64,000 bases of DNA from Eledone cirrhosa. Lineage: Eukaryota. The position numbers and the translations under genes were made by a program. Shown here in pieces: positions 12,801-26,025 of this stretch; the first letter of the stretch is position 1; the number at the start of each line of letters is the position of its first letter. The notes below the pieces were generated by a model that did not search any database, was not told the origin of the DNA, and saw only the letters and a program-made list of their open reading frames with translations. The stretch lies in NCBI GenBank assembly GCA_964016885.1, contig OZ024751.1, forward strand, positions 27,528,001 through 27,592,000, read 5' to 3'.

Positions 12801-15800
12801 CAGTGTCACCCTAATAACTACAGTGTCATCCTAACAACTACAGTGTCATCCTAACAACTACAGTGTCACCCTAATAACTACTGTGTCACCCTAGCAACTA
12901 CAGTGTCACCCTAATTACAGTGTCACCCTAACAACTACAGTGTCACCCTAATAACTACAGTGTCACCCTAACAACTACAGTGTCACCCTAATAACTACAG
13001 TGTCACCCTAACAACTACAGTGTCACCCTAACTACAGTGTCACCCTAACTACAGTGTCACCCTAACAACTACAGTGTCACCCTAACAACTACAGTGTCAC
13101 CCTAACAACTACAGTGTCACCCTAACAACTACAGTGTCATCCTAACAACTACAGTGTCATCCTAACAACTACAGTGTCACCTAACAACTACAGTGTCACC
13201 TAACAACTACAGTGTCACCCTAACAACTACAGTGTCACCTAACAACTACAGTGTCACCCTAACAACTACAGTGTCATCCTAACAACTACAGTGTCATCCT
13301 AACAACTACAGTGTCACCCTAACAACTACAGTGTCATCCTAACAACTACAGTGTCATCCTAATAACTACAGTGTCACCTAACAACTACAGTGTCACCCTA
13401 ACAACTACAGTGTCACCTAACAACTACAGTGTCATCCTAACAACTACAGTGTCACCCTAACAACTACAGTGTCATCCTAATAACTGCAGTGTCACCCTAA
13501 CAACTACAGTGTCACCCTAACAACTACAGTGTCACCCTAACAACTACAGTGTCACCCTAACAACTACAGTGTCACCTAACAACTACAGTGTCACCCTAAC
13601 AACTACAGTGTCATCCTAACAACTACAGTGTCATCCTAACAACTACAGTGTCACCTAACAACTACAGTGTCACCCTAACAACTACAGTGTCACCTAACAA
13701 CTACAGTGTCACCCTAACAACTGCAGTGTCACCCTAACAACTACAGTGTCATCCTAACAACTGCAGTGTCACCCTAATAACTACAGTGTCACCCTAACAA
13801 CTACAGTGTCACCCTAACAACTACAGTGTCACCCTAATAACTACAGTGGCACCTAACAACTACAGTGTCACCCTAACAACTACAGTGTCATCCTAACAAC
13901 TGCAGTGTCACCCTAACAACTACAGTGTCACCCTAACAACTACAGTGTCACCCTAATAACTACAGTGGCACCTAACAACTACAGTGTCATCCTAACAACT
14001 GCAGTGTCACCCTAACAACTACAGTGTCACCCTAACAACTACAGTGTCACCCTAACAACTACAGTGTCACCCTAACAACTACAGTGTCATCCTAACAACT
14101 GCAGTGGCACCTAACAACTACAGTGTCATCCTAACAACTACAGTGTCATCCTAACAACTACAGTGTCATCCTAACAACTACAGTGTCATCCTAACAACTA
14201 CAGTGTCACCCTAACAACTACAGTGTCACCCTAACTACAGTGTCACCCTAACAACTACAGTGGCACCTAACAACTACAGTGTCATCCTAACAACTACAGT
14301 GTCACCCTAACAACTACAGTGGCACCTAACAACTACAGTGTCATCCTAACAACTACAGTGTCACCTAACAACTACAGTGGCACCTAACAACTACAGTGTC
14401 ATCCTAACAACTACAGTGTCACCCTAACAACTACAGTGGCACCTAACAACTACAGTGTCATCCTAACAACTACAGTGTCACCCTAATAACTACAGTGGCA
14501 CCTAACAACTACAGTGTCACCCTAATAACTACAGTGTCACCTAACAACTACAGTGTCACCCTAACAACTACAGTGTCACCCTAACAACTACAGTGGCACC
14601 TAACAACTACAGTGTCATCCTAACAACTACAGTGTCACCCTAACAACTACAGTGTCATCCTAACAACTACAGTGTCATCCTAACAACTACAGTGTCATCC
14701 TAACAACTACAGTGTCATCCTAACAACTACAGTGTCATCCTAACAACTACAGTGTCATCCTAACAACTACAGTGTCATCCTAACAACTACAGTGTCACCC
14801 TAACAACTACAGTGTCACCTAACAACTACAGTGTCACCCTAACAACTACAGTGTCATCCTAACAACTACAGTGTCATCCTAACAACTACAGTGTCATCCT
14901 AACAACTACAGTGTCATCCTAACAACTACAGTGTCATCCTAACAACTACAGTGTCACCCTAACAACTACAGTGTCACCCTAATAACTACAGTGTCACCCT
15001 AACAACTACAGTGTCACCCTAATAACTACAGTGTCACCCTAACAACTACAGTGTCACCCTAACTACAGTGTCACCCTAACTACAGTGTCACCCTAACAAC
15101 TACAGTGTCACCCTAACAACTACAGTGTCACCCTAACAACTACAGTGTCACCCTAACAACTACAGTGTCATCCTAACAACTACAGTGTCATCCTAACAAC
15201 TACAGTGTCACCTAACAACTACAGTGTCACCTAACAACTACAGTGTCACCCTAACAACTACAGTGTCACCTAACAACTACAGTGTCACCCTAACAACTAC
15301 AGTGTCATCCTAACAACTACAGTGTCATCCTAACAACTACAGTGTCACCCTAACAACTACAGTGTCATCCTAACAACTACAGTGTCATCCTAATAACTAC
15401 AGTGTCACCTAACAACTACAGTGTCACCCTAACAACTACAGTGTCACCTAACAACTACAGTGTCATCCTAACAACTACAGTGTCACCCTAACAACTACAG
15501 TGTCATCCTAATAACTGCAGTGTCACCCTAACAACTACAGTGTCACCCTAACAACTACAGTGTCACCCTAACAACTACAGTGTCACCCTAACAACTACAG
15601 TGTCACCTAACAACTACAGTGTCACCCTAACAACTACAGTGTCATCCTAACAACTACAGTGTCATCCTAACAACTACAGTGTCACCTAACAACTACAGTG
15701 TCACCCTAACAACTACAGTGTCACCTAACAACTACAGTGTCACCCTAACAACTGCAGTGTCACCCTAACAACTACAGTGTCATCCTAACAACTGCAGTGT

Positions 15801-18800
15801 CACCCTAATAACTACAGTGTCACCCTAACAACTACAGTGTCACCCTAACAACTACAGTGTCACCCTAATAACTACAGTGGCACCTAACAACTACAGTGTC
15901 ACCCTAACAACTACAGTGTCATCCTAACAACTGCAGTGTCACCCTAACAACTACAGTGTCACCCTAACAACTACAGTGTCACCCTAATAACTACAGTGGC
16001 ACCTAACAACTACAGTGTCATCCTAACAACTGCAGTGTCACCCTAACAACTACAGTGTCACCCTAACAACTACAGTGTCACCCTAACAACTACAGTGTCA
16101 CCCTAACAACTACAGTGTCATCCTAACAACTACAGTGGCACCTAACAACTACAGTGTCATCCTAACAACTACAGTGTCATCCTAACAACTACAGTGTCAT
16201 CCTAACAACTACAGTGTCATCCTAACAACTACAGTGTCACCCTAACAACTACAGTGTCACCCTAACTACAGTGTCACCCTAACAACTACAGTGGCACCTA
16301 ACAACTACAGTGTCATCCTAACAACTACAGTGTCACCCTAACAACTACAGTGGCACCTAACAACTACAGTGTCATCCTAACAACTACAGTGTCACCTAAC
16401 AACTACAGTGGCACCTAACAACTACAGTGTCATCCTAACAACTACAGTGTCACCCTAACAACTACAGTGGCACCTAACAACTACAGTGTCATCCTAACAA
16501 CTACAGTGTCACCCTAATAACTACAGTGGCACCTAACAACTACAGTGTCACCCTAATAACTACAGTGTCACCTAACAACTACAGTGTCACCCTAACAACT
16601 ACAGTGTCACCCTAACAACTACAGTGGCACCTAACAACTACAGTGTCATCCTAACAACTACAGTGTCACCCTAACAACTACAGTGTCATCCTAACAACTA
16701 CAGTGTCATCCTAACAACTACAGTGTCATCCTAACAACTACAGTGTCATCCTAACAACTACAGTGTCATCCTAACAACTACAGTGTCATCCTAACAACTA
16801 CAGTGTCATCCTAACAACTACAGTGTCACCCTAACAACTACAGTGTCACCTAACAACTACAGTGTCACCCTAACAACTACAGTGTCATCCTAACAACTAC
16901 AGTGTCATCCTAACAACTACAGTGTCATCCTAACAACTACAGTGTCATCCTAACAACTACAGTGTCATCCTAACAACTACAGTGTCATCCTAACAACTAG
17001 AGTGTCACCCTAACAACTACAGTGTCACCTAACAACTACAGTGTCATCCTAACAACTACAGTGTCACCCTAACAACTACAGTGTCACCTAACAACTACAG
17101 TGTCACCTAACAACTACAGTGTCATCCTAACAACTACAGTGTCATCCTAACAACTACAGTGTCACCCAACAACTACAGTGTCACCTAACAACTACAGTGT
17201 CATCCTAACAACTACAGTGTCATCCTAACAACTACAGTGTCATCCTAACAACTACAGTGTCACCCTAACAACTACAGTGTCACCTAACAACTACAGTGGC
17301 ACCTAACAACTACAGTGTCATCCTAACAACTACAGTGTCATCCTAACAACTACAGTGTCACCCTAACAACTACAGTGTCACCTAACAACTACAGTGTCAT
17401 CCTAACAACTACAGTGTCACCCTAACAACTACAGTGTCACCTAACAACTACAGTGTCACCTAACAACTACAGTGTCATCCTAACAACTACAGTGTCACCT
17501 AACAACTACAGTGTCATCCTAACAACTACAGTGTCACCTAACAACTACAGTGTCACCTAACAACTACAGTGTCATCCTAACAACTACAGTGTCATCCTAA
17601 CAACTACAGTGTCATCCTAACAACTACAGTGTCACCCTAACAACTACAGTGTCACCTAACAACTACAGTGTCACCTAACAACTACAGTGTCACCCTAACA
17701 ACTACAGTGTCATCCTAACAACTACAGTGTCATCCTAACAACTACAGTGTCACCCTAACAACTACAGTGTCATCCTAACAACTACAGTGTCACCCTAACA
17801 ACTACAGTGTCACCTAACAACTACAGTGTCACCTAACAACTACAGTGTCATCCTAACAACTACAGTGTCACCCTAACAACTACAGTGTCATCCTAACAAC
17901 TACAGTGTCACCCTAACAACTACAGTGTCACCCTAACAACTACAGTGTCACCCTAACAACTACAGTGTCATCCTAACAACTACAGTGTCACCCTAACAAC
18001 TACAGTGTCACCTAACAACTACAGTGTCATCCTAACAACTACAGTGTCACCTAACAACTACAGTGTCACCTAACAACTACAGTGTCATCCTAACAACTAG
18101 TGTCATCCTAACAACTACAGTGTCACCCTAATAACTACAGTGTCACCCTAACAACTACAGTGTCATCCTAACAACTACAGTGTCACCTAACAACTACAGT
18201 GTCACCCTAACAACTGCACCACAGGAACCTGATTCGTTAAGATGGTACCTTTTCCCCACTAATACTGATATGTTTATCAAATGTAATGAATTTTATTCTG
18301 TTGTAGGAGTCGGTTACATGATAACTGCAATAGTTCCTCTACAGATGTTTCACTCTCTCAGGAAGATTCTAGAACTAAAAGTCAAGAATCTTCTGGAAAA
18401 GGACAATATAAATGTGATAAAACAATCCTGATTTGGGAGGTAAGTGATCGTTTTCTTAGGAGACTACTTGAAACTGCCTCAGGTTCCATGATAGAAAACA
18501 ACAATCACCATCCATACACATGATATGTTCATATCAGTACAGTCTTCTCTTTTGTACACTGCATCTGATTTTTGTTATACTCAGTTTTCCTATCAGTTCA
18601 TTTATGCTTCATTCATTCATTCACATTAGCATTACCCCTCCAACAAACTATTCTAGCTTCGTATCTCTCCAGTTTTACTTAACCTATATGGATTACCACA
18701 GGAATCTATCTTCATTTAAAATTACTTATCAAATTTCTTTTTCATTGTATCACTTAATCTTTAAATTTATCACACCATTTCATTGCAGGCATATACTATC

Positions 18801-21800
18801 ATACCAGCCTAGGGTGTATATCTCAGCTGTGGTAGGGAGGGTTAGACTACACCCCAGCCTAGGGTGTATGTCTCAGCTGTGGTAGAGAGGGTTAGACTAC
18901 ACCCCAGCCTAGAGTGTATGTCACAGCTGTGGTAGGAAGGGTTAGACTACACCCCAGCCTAAGTGGTATATCTCACCTACATCTTATAGACAAAGTAGTG
19001 AAGACTTTACATGGAGGACAGCCAGAGACACTCACTGCACCAACCATTTGTTCTAATTCTTCTCCGACAGTGCCTAACGTTGGAGGCAGAGAATGTATCA
19101 CAGCAGGTAGTGTCCCAGGTTCTCTCAAACAGGAACACGACTATCCTGCTTGGGTACTTGCCATCAACACAGTTGAGACCGGCTGGCTTCATTGTAGTGG
19201 GGAAAGCCAATGAGGGCGGCATGTCAAAGGACCTAATCTTCACACTGTATTGTGTTATTATTATCGGTGGTTGATTGGCAAAATTGGTAGAGCATCAGAC
19301 ACCATGCTTTGTAGTATAGTCATGGCCCTTTACGTTCTGTGTTCAAATCCCGCCGAGGTTGAGTTTGCCTTTAATTCTTACGGGGTCGATAAATTAAAGT
19401 ACCAGTAACACACTGGGGTCGATTTAATCGACTTTCCCTCTCCCCCAAAATTGTTGGCCTTGTGCCTATATAAGAAGCCATTGATTATACCAGGCTGGTA
19501 CTGTATCCCCCTCCCCTCCTGAAAGGATGAAATACAAAGTTGACTTACACAGAATTAGGGTTCAAAGTGTAAAAACCCACAAGAAATATTGCAAGACTAT
19601 CAGTTGTGTTAATCTTCCATTATAAAAAGAAAAGGAATTCCAAGTGAAGTTTAATAAATGTCTAATATAATTTTAGGGTGGAAACTGTCGTGTTATGGCT
19701 TACAGTCCATTCTTGGGTATACTGGTTGTGTCGCAGCCCTCAACTATTCCATTGTTTCAAGGATTTGGTGTCAGAAAAGTGAGTAGATTCAATGTTTGTA
19801 TGATATTGAGATAGCTTCTTAGCAAATTTTTCAGGTTTATTACCTCTTAATATCCTGTACCTCATGAAACCACATTAGCAAAACATTCAATTACAAAACA
19901 GCACTATGTATAACATTAAAAATTAAATTCTTTGCTTCAATATTGTAAATTTCCACAGTAATCTATCCACGATTAATGACACTCTATATATATCTGAATC
20001 ATACCTGTTCTTAGACATTTCCTGCTAAATTATTACAGCATGTTAAGAGTAAATATTTAAACAACAGAATTTATACCTAAATGTTATGAAGTTTAATATA
20101 GAGATGTACATATGGCTGTGTGATTTGGGGTTCAATCCCACCATTTCGCACATTGGACATCTTCTATCATAGCTTTGGGCTGACCAGGAAAGTAGATGGA
20201 GACTGTGTGGAAGCCCATTGTGTATGTATGTGTATCTATATGAAGCTGAGTATATCACATGGTATATACTCAAAAGAAAAATAATTAAAAATTCATCATT
20301 TTACGTCTGCTTTTCCCTGCTGGTATGGGTTGGACAGGTCCTTTTCAACAATTTCAGATCAGCTCTCACCCCGTCCTCTACCACGTCTGTATATATATAT
20401 ATATGTATTTAAGTTTACTGTGTGTTTGTGTATATATGTTTATGTCCTGTAACTCAGTGGTTTATCAAATAAGTACTAGAGTTGATATAACCCACTCTCT
20501 TCAAGCCAGTGCTCCAGCATGGTTTCAGTAAAAAAATATACATATAAATATAGGTAAAGTGGTTGTGTAGGTATCTCAACAAAAAGCACCCGGTACTCAC
20601 TGTAGAAGTGGTTGGCGTTAGGAAGGGCATCCAACTGTAGAAACCAAGCCAAGATCAGTTCTGTGCAAGCGAATCACAGTCCCCCGACCTGATCCCTCAC
20701 AAAGGGACAGTCCGTCCTACCCATGCTAACATGGAAGATGGACATTAAATGAGGAGGAAGGGGAGGTATGTGCTGCTCTATATATATCTAGAAAATATAA
20801 ATTTAAGTAAAATACAAAATACAAAGCAACCATATTAATATATAAATATGTTAATATATAAATATATATCGCCTTTATTGTTTAACTTTACCTTTCATCC
20901 TTACGGGGTCGATAAAATAAAGTACCAGTAATGCACTGGGTAATTGCTGGCCTAGTGCCAACATTAGAAACCATTATTGTTTAATGTCTATCTTCCACAC
21001 TAGCATGGGTTAGACGGGAATTGTCCCACATGAGGCAAGATTGGTCGGGTGACCGTGCCTTGCTCGTATAGGACTATCTGACAGGTTTTCTACAGCTGGA
21101 TGCCCTTCCTAACACCAACCACTCTTACAGTGTGGACTGGGAGCCTTTTTTTTTTTTAATTTTATATATATATATATATATGTGTGTGAGTGTGTTTTCA
21201 GATCAGTGCGGTGGATTTTCGGACAACTGAATACGTCCCACTTCACTCTAAACTGATCCGGTCGATGTGTTTCCATCCAACCTATTCCGATGGGTTACTC
21301 CTGAGTTGTGCCATGGATAAAAAAATCAAGTTAACCAGTTTAATTAGCAATACAGTGGTTCAGCAGTAAGTATCACCTCTTGTTGTTTAACCCCAAGTCA
21401 GCCTCTGACCAGTGGTCTCCTAATCCTTCCCCTCTTGTTGTTTAGTCAGCCCCTGATGTCTGTTACAGACTGCTATGTTGGAAACTGCTGGAGTAAACCC
21501 ATATTCAAAGGAGTTCCAAGCATGACCATCACATCTGTTTTTTTTTTTTTTGTTTTCAGATATAGAATATTTGATTCCATTTTCTCCAATGCGTCCCGTC
21601 CCCTTCCTTGTATATAGAGTTGGGGGGAGATTAGCAGTTAATGTTTTAATACATCTGAACCCTACTGTTATATATTGAAACAATATGGAATGGTTTTTGA
21701 GCCTCATCACTGGTGAAATGTGCTAGCTTCGCATCTGAAAAGAGGGTAATAGCCCTGAAATATTAGGCTAAAACATTTCTTTTGTTTTATTTGTCATCCT

Positions 21801-24800
21801 TTGCCCTTCGTACTCTTCTACCGCACTGTACCAGTTTTTTGAAAATTATTAGTCTTTTATTATATATATAATGTACCAAATGCAAACTATGGGTACACTA
21901 GAGATGTAGTGGGGTCTCAGGCAGGCTAACAAAGAATGTAGGTTTTACATGTGGCCAGGGCACAGGGGCAGTAAGTAGCAACAGCTCTCAGGATACAATC
22001 ACCTTCAAATGCCCAGAGGGCTCAGTAGAAGTGGTAGATAGTTTCTGTTTCCTGGGTGACCAAATCAGTAGTGGCAGAGGGTGTTCTGAAAGCACACCTG
22101 TGAGATTGGGTTGGAGAAAATTCAGGGAGCTACTACTGCCACAAAAGGTTTTTCCCTCAAAATGAGGCAGACTGTATAATGCATGTATAAGAACAACAAT
22201 GTTGCACAGCAGTGAGACCTGGCACTGTGTGCAGAGGACCGGCGAAGATTGGAAAGTAATGAAGCCTCCATGCTCCAATGGATGTGCAATAGTAATATAT
22301 GTAAATGGCAAAGCATAAACGAACTCCTTGGATATTACATCACATGCTGTTGTTTTTTTCCAGATACGATGTCCCATTTCCTGCTTGGAGTTGTATATGG
22401 AACTCAGATGACCATAACTATTTCTTTGTTGGTATGCAGAATGGTTTTGTGTTGGAATATGATGTACGTAAGACTGATACATTTATTCATCAAATGAACA
22501 CTGAAGGAAGTCGTTCCCCGGTTGTTTCTTTACAGTACATTCCTGCTGCACCTTTTGCCCACTTCAGGTAAGATACTCATCAGCGTTTAGCATCCATTTT
22601 TCCACGCTTGCATCAATTAAACAGGTTGTCACATTATGAAACAATTCAGGTCAGGTGACCACGTCTTGCTCATATTGACCTATATTTTGGCTGGGTTTCT
22701 AGGGCTGAATGTCTTTTTGTTGTGTCACCAGCATATCCACCTTACAGGGAGTACTGGCTGCTTTTTGTCGTGTCACCAGCATGGGTGCCCCCCTCCCACT
22801 TCCCCAATGTTGATTGTTGGGTAAAGAAATTCCAAAGGAAGCTAGCTGCTGTAGAGGAAAACCAAGATAAAATGCTTGGCACTGGTGGTGAGAGGTGATC
22901 TGAAATCGCTGAAGCTGACTATGGAGCTGATGTATGGATGCTGTGTTAGGAAAGACATGTGTAATCCATGATGATGGTTGTATCCCTGCATGTCATTAGA
23001 GATGACTAAAAGGATTGGTGCCAGGAAGGGCATTCAGTTGTAAAACCTTGCTTTAGGCCTGGGTCTGCAAAAGCTCACTCCTACTCTAGCAAGGAAAGTT
23101 ACTTTAAAAGGCCTTGCTGCTGCTACATCTATGTCTAGACTACATTTAAATTAGACTTATCATCATTAGGCGAATAAGGATGAATGAAGAGTGATGGAAA
23201 TGAAAGTAGCATAACTATAGTTGGAGACCATTCTTAACACCACAGACTGTAACAGATACATTTAATTGTGGCACAATGACTGGAAAGGTCATGTAAAGAC
23301 TAAAAGTTCCTCGTGACCCTAAATTGACTCCACTTTATAGGTACAGGCTGTATTTTATCATGTCACCAACATTAGAGAGGTTGTGCTTTACATACTGTGA
23401 CCATGAGAATAAATAGAAGATATTTCTATTTGTCTGTTATGACAGAAAATGGCCTTAAGATGCTCATTGGATAGGTCTGTTAGTGGCCTACAATAGGTAT
23501 GTAGCTTGTGTAGCCCACAAGGCTAAACTTTGTATACATCTGTTGTGTCCCATGGTTTGTAATGTTGATCCTAACACTGTTTTGTTGTTTTGTTTATTTC
23601 TAGATCTGGTGGATTGTTAGTTGGTCAGTTAGATAGAATTAGTTTTTTTGAGAGAAAATCTAACAATGAATACCAAGTACATCTTCTTCCACTGGAAGGT
23701 AAGACTAAAAAAGACTGGATATTATATGGTCAGTCAACACTGGACATTATATGGACAGTCAACACTAACAAGTGTTTTAACCACATTTCATACCGTCCAA
23801 CTCAATTTGACTCTGGCTTAGCCATTTTATTAACATATTTAAATAATTTTGAAAATCATCATGAATTTTGTGAGATTTATTCAGTAATACAGCTTTCTCA
23901 TTATTATGCTGGTATTTGGAGCATAACTTAACAAAGGTTCTTACATAAAATTATAATGGAAGGTTTTTAAATATAGACAGTTTTGTATTATAAGTCCTCC
24001 TTGCACTTGCAGTACAAGCCCTCCTCCACACCTGCTATCAAAAATGCATCTGAGGCTCTCCCCTCTTCAGAGAGGTCTATTCTCTTGAGGTGGAGAAAAA
24101 ACTTTGCTGATCTCCTAAACCCAATCACATCTTGAGATGTGCACGAGGTGCATCTGAGAGTGGTGACTAATCTCTCAGAGATTGAGATTACAAGAGCAGT
24201 TAAAGAACTCAAATGTGGCAAGGCTACAGGGGAAGATGAAATCCAGCCCAAGGTGATAAAAAAACTTTAAGAGAGAAAGTATTCTCTGACTTACTCGTGT
24301 ATGCTGCATCTCTGGAAAGGCACCTCAGCAATGGCAATTGGGAGTGATAACCCTAATTTTGAAATTTGGAGGCAAGAGATTGTTCCAATTACAGAGGGAT
24401 CTGCTTGTTAAGCCTCCCCGGTAAAGTCTATGCAAAGAGATGCAGGGAGATTGTCAAGTCCAAACTAGCTGATGAACAAATACTGGAGGGAGTGTATGAG
24501 GACTCTGCCCATACGACCCTCAGGAATAAGTGAGTGAAGAAGAGTTTTGTATGGTAGAACCAGGGGGGAAAGTTTCAGGTGGTTTGCTATTAACTTCAAT
24601 AGCCATTACCGGTATTTTTAGCTGATTATGCAAAGATTTCAGAAGGGCTGGTGGGCCAGCACCTCTCGGCATCCTGACCCCACAGTGGTACCTGGCTCAA
24701 CACGATTACCTGAGGCTCGGCCTCCAAGTCTTTGAGACTGTCATGCTGTTACAGTGCTGGATGCCTTCCACACCATGTTACTCTCAAGATCATAAAGCAT

Positions 24801-26025
24801 GGCCTGGAAGATGCAGGCTTCCCTTCCCAGCTCGAGTCACCAGGGTTTGACCTTTGGGATGGTATGACAATCGTCCCGTCCCGCGGAGGTAGGCCCCCTC
24901 TTCTGGGATGCCACAGTGTTTGGCTACCAGCGCAGGCACTGCTGCCCTCCAAGCTGAAGAGTCAGTAGCAGTGGCTAATACTTGGCCCCCAGGGTAATGT
25001 ATACTCCATCCTGTTGACTGAGACCTAGAGGCAGAGGGTAAGTTAGTTGGAAGTGGAAGTTACTCATTTAGATATCACTTTATCTCTATTTCTTTAAAAT
25101 GATGTATATATATAGCTGCCATTTCTTTTTTTTTTTTACTTTCTAACAGGTAACTTAACAAGTTTATTTTTTGAAACTCACACAAGACAATTATTAGCAA
25201 GTTTTAGAAACTCTACCAAATACTCCAAAGTCCGACATATGGTGAGTAGAACAAAAGACAAGTTATTTATTGTATATATCTATCGATAAAAATATCATCT
25301 AAATTAATGGAGACCAAACTACATTGTACATCCCCACCTGTAAGATTGGTGTTAACCATGCCAATATTGGAATATATCAGGTGTTCCCTCCCTTCCCCCC
25401 TATTTTAAAGGATTCCCATTTAAAATTCTTTAACATAATTTTCTTGTTATATGTAAATTTCTCCAAATTCTTCATTAATCAATTGAAACAGTATTTCATT
25501 AGAAACCAATTAAGTTAACATATACCTTTTTTCTGTAGGTGTGTGAAATGACAACCAGTGCTTCTGATGAACACATTTGTAGCTGTAATGTTATCCAGAC
25601 ATTTTATGGTGAATCGCCTCAAACATTGCTCTCCAGAACATCACTTGTCCAACATCCTACTGACAAAAGCAGATTACTGATTTGTGTTGGAGAAGAATTA
25701 GCATGTGCAGTAAGTTTTTCCTTGCTAGGTTGTCACAGACCACGTCAGTTAATTGTATTAATATTTGTTTTATATACACTTTTACTAATTAAGCTAGTTG
25801 TAAAAATAAATGACTATTTTATTTTAGCTGTTAGTTAAGAATAATTCTCTGTATATCTTTATATTCCAGGTGAAAATATGGGATGGAAAAACTTTCCAGT
25901 TTACTCAAAAGATATCTTGTGGCACCCCTGTTCTAGATATTTGCTCCATCTCATCAAAAAACAATTCTTACCTCCTGGCTTTAACAGAAAAACAGGTGAA
26001 GCTCCATAAATGGTTTCAATGCTAA
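697..26025 (+). CDS. RFWD3: E3 ubiquitin ligase RFWD3 (RING finger + WD40), 13 coding exons, ~839 aa
   Basis: Exons with AG/GT borders and consistent phases: 697-1470, 4743-5012, 6895-6980, 9689-9791, 10669-10838, 18307-18439, 19677-19778, 21202-21365, 22364-22567, 23604-23698, 25150-25241, 25539-25709, 25870-26025 (sum 2520 nt, ends TAA). RING motif [34 protein letters not shown]...CPHC, then a coiled coil, then GNCRVMAY...SQP...GFGV and [11 protein letters not shown]...[15 protein letters not shown], matching RFWD3. The ATG at 697 directly follows an acceptor AG, so an upstream exon probably lies outside the window. Confidence 0.93.
724..1330 (+). repeat. Coding 30-bp minisatellite (~20 units; [10 protein letters not shown]) in RFWD3 exon 1
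   Basis: Unit ctggccagcctgcctcaggccacccaactt, in frame. Confidence 0.95.
1515..2165 (-). mobile_element. RTE-clade LINE 3' fragment
   Basis: [14 protein letters not shown]...[10 protein letters not shown], the RT C-terminal region. Confidence 0.85.
4468..4555 (-). ncRNA. Type I hammerhead ribozyme (Penelope/retrozyme-type), antisense in RFWD3 intron 1
   Basis: CUGGU-CUGAGGA-UCAAGCA...UGCUUGA-GAAAC-AUUU-GUA-ACCAG. Perfect 5-bp stem I, 7-bp stem II, intact catalytic core, minimal stem III, GUA cleavage triplet. Confidence 0.8.
5100..6480 (-). mobile_element. RTE-clade LINE fragment
   Basis: [12 protein letters not shown]...[16 protein letters not shown]; LLYADDLVL; YLGDLIS; (GAT)n tail. Confidence 0.9.
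6645..6850. repeat. ~38-bp minisatellite
   Basis: ccaatttacatgtccagtagataagccacac units. Confidence 0.8.
7803..7982. repeat. 39-bp minisatellite
   Basis: ttgacaaacttgttagtgccagacaagacattggagagg units. Confidence 0.85.
8280..8780 (-). mobile_element. RTE-clade LINE 3' fragment
   Basis: RIQAAEMGF...[14 protein letters not shown]. Confidence 0.8.
9888..10560 (+). mobile_element. RTE-clade LINE 3' fragment
   Basis: FRYLGDQI...[13 protein letters not shown]...RLRWYGHV...WVKKC. Confidence 0.85.
11311..11520 (+). mobile_element. tRNA-derived SINE
   Basis: A box TGGCCTAGTGG and B box GGTTCAATTCC; no full cloverleaf. Confidence 0.6.
11550..18213. repeat. 20-bp satellite (CTACAGTGTCACCCTAACAA)n, ~6.7 kb, in RFWD3 intron 5
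   Basis: Roughly 330 near-identical units with C/T, 1-nt and 3-nt deletion variants. Confidence 0.98.
18803..18975. repeat. ~53-bp minisatellite (~3.5 units)
   Basis: ccagcctagggtgtatgtctcagctgtggtag...gttagactacacc. Confidence 0.85.
19270..19480 (+). mobile_element. SINE, most complete copy of a family with a GATAAAATAAAGTACCAGT core
   Basis: B-box-like GTTCAAATCC followed by the core. Other copies at ~445-625 (-), 3120-3210, 3780-3930 (-), 8930-9040, 20885-20975, 35510-35675, 42020-42110, 52525-52660, 59830-59915 and 61750-61880. Confidence 0.75.
21930..22330 (+). mobile_element. RTE-clade LINE fragment
   Basis: FCFLGDQIS...WRKFRELL...[13 protein letters not shown]. Confidence 0.75.
23990..24540 (+). 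mobile_element. RTE-clade LINE fragment (pre-RT region)
   Basis: [12 protein letters not shown]...[16 protein letters not shown]...NYRGI. Confidence 0.75.

Noticed and set aside
11550-18213. CRISPR array or true telomere
   Set aside because: There are no unique spacers and the context is a eukaryotic intron; the hexamers are not contiguous.
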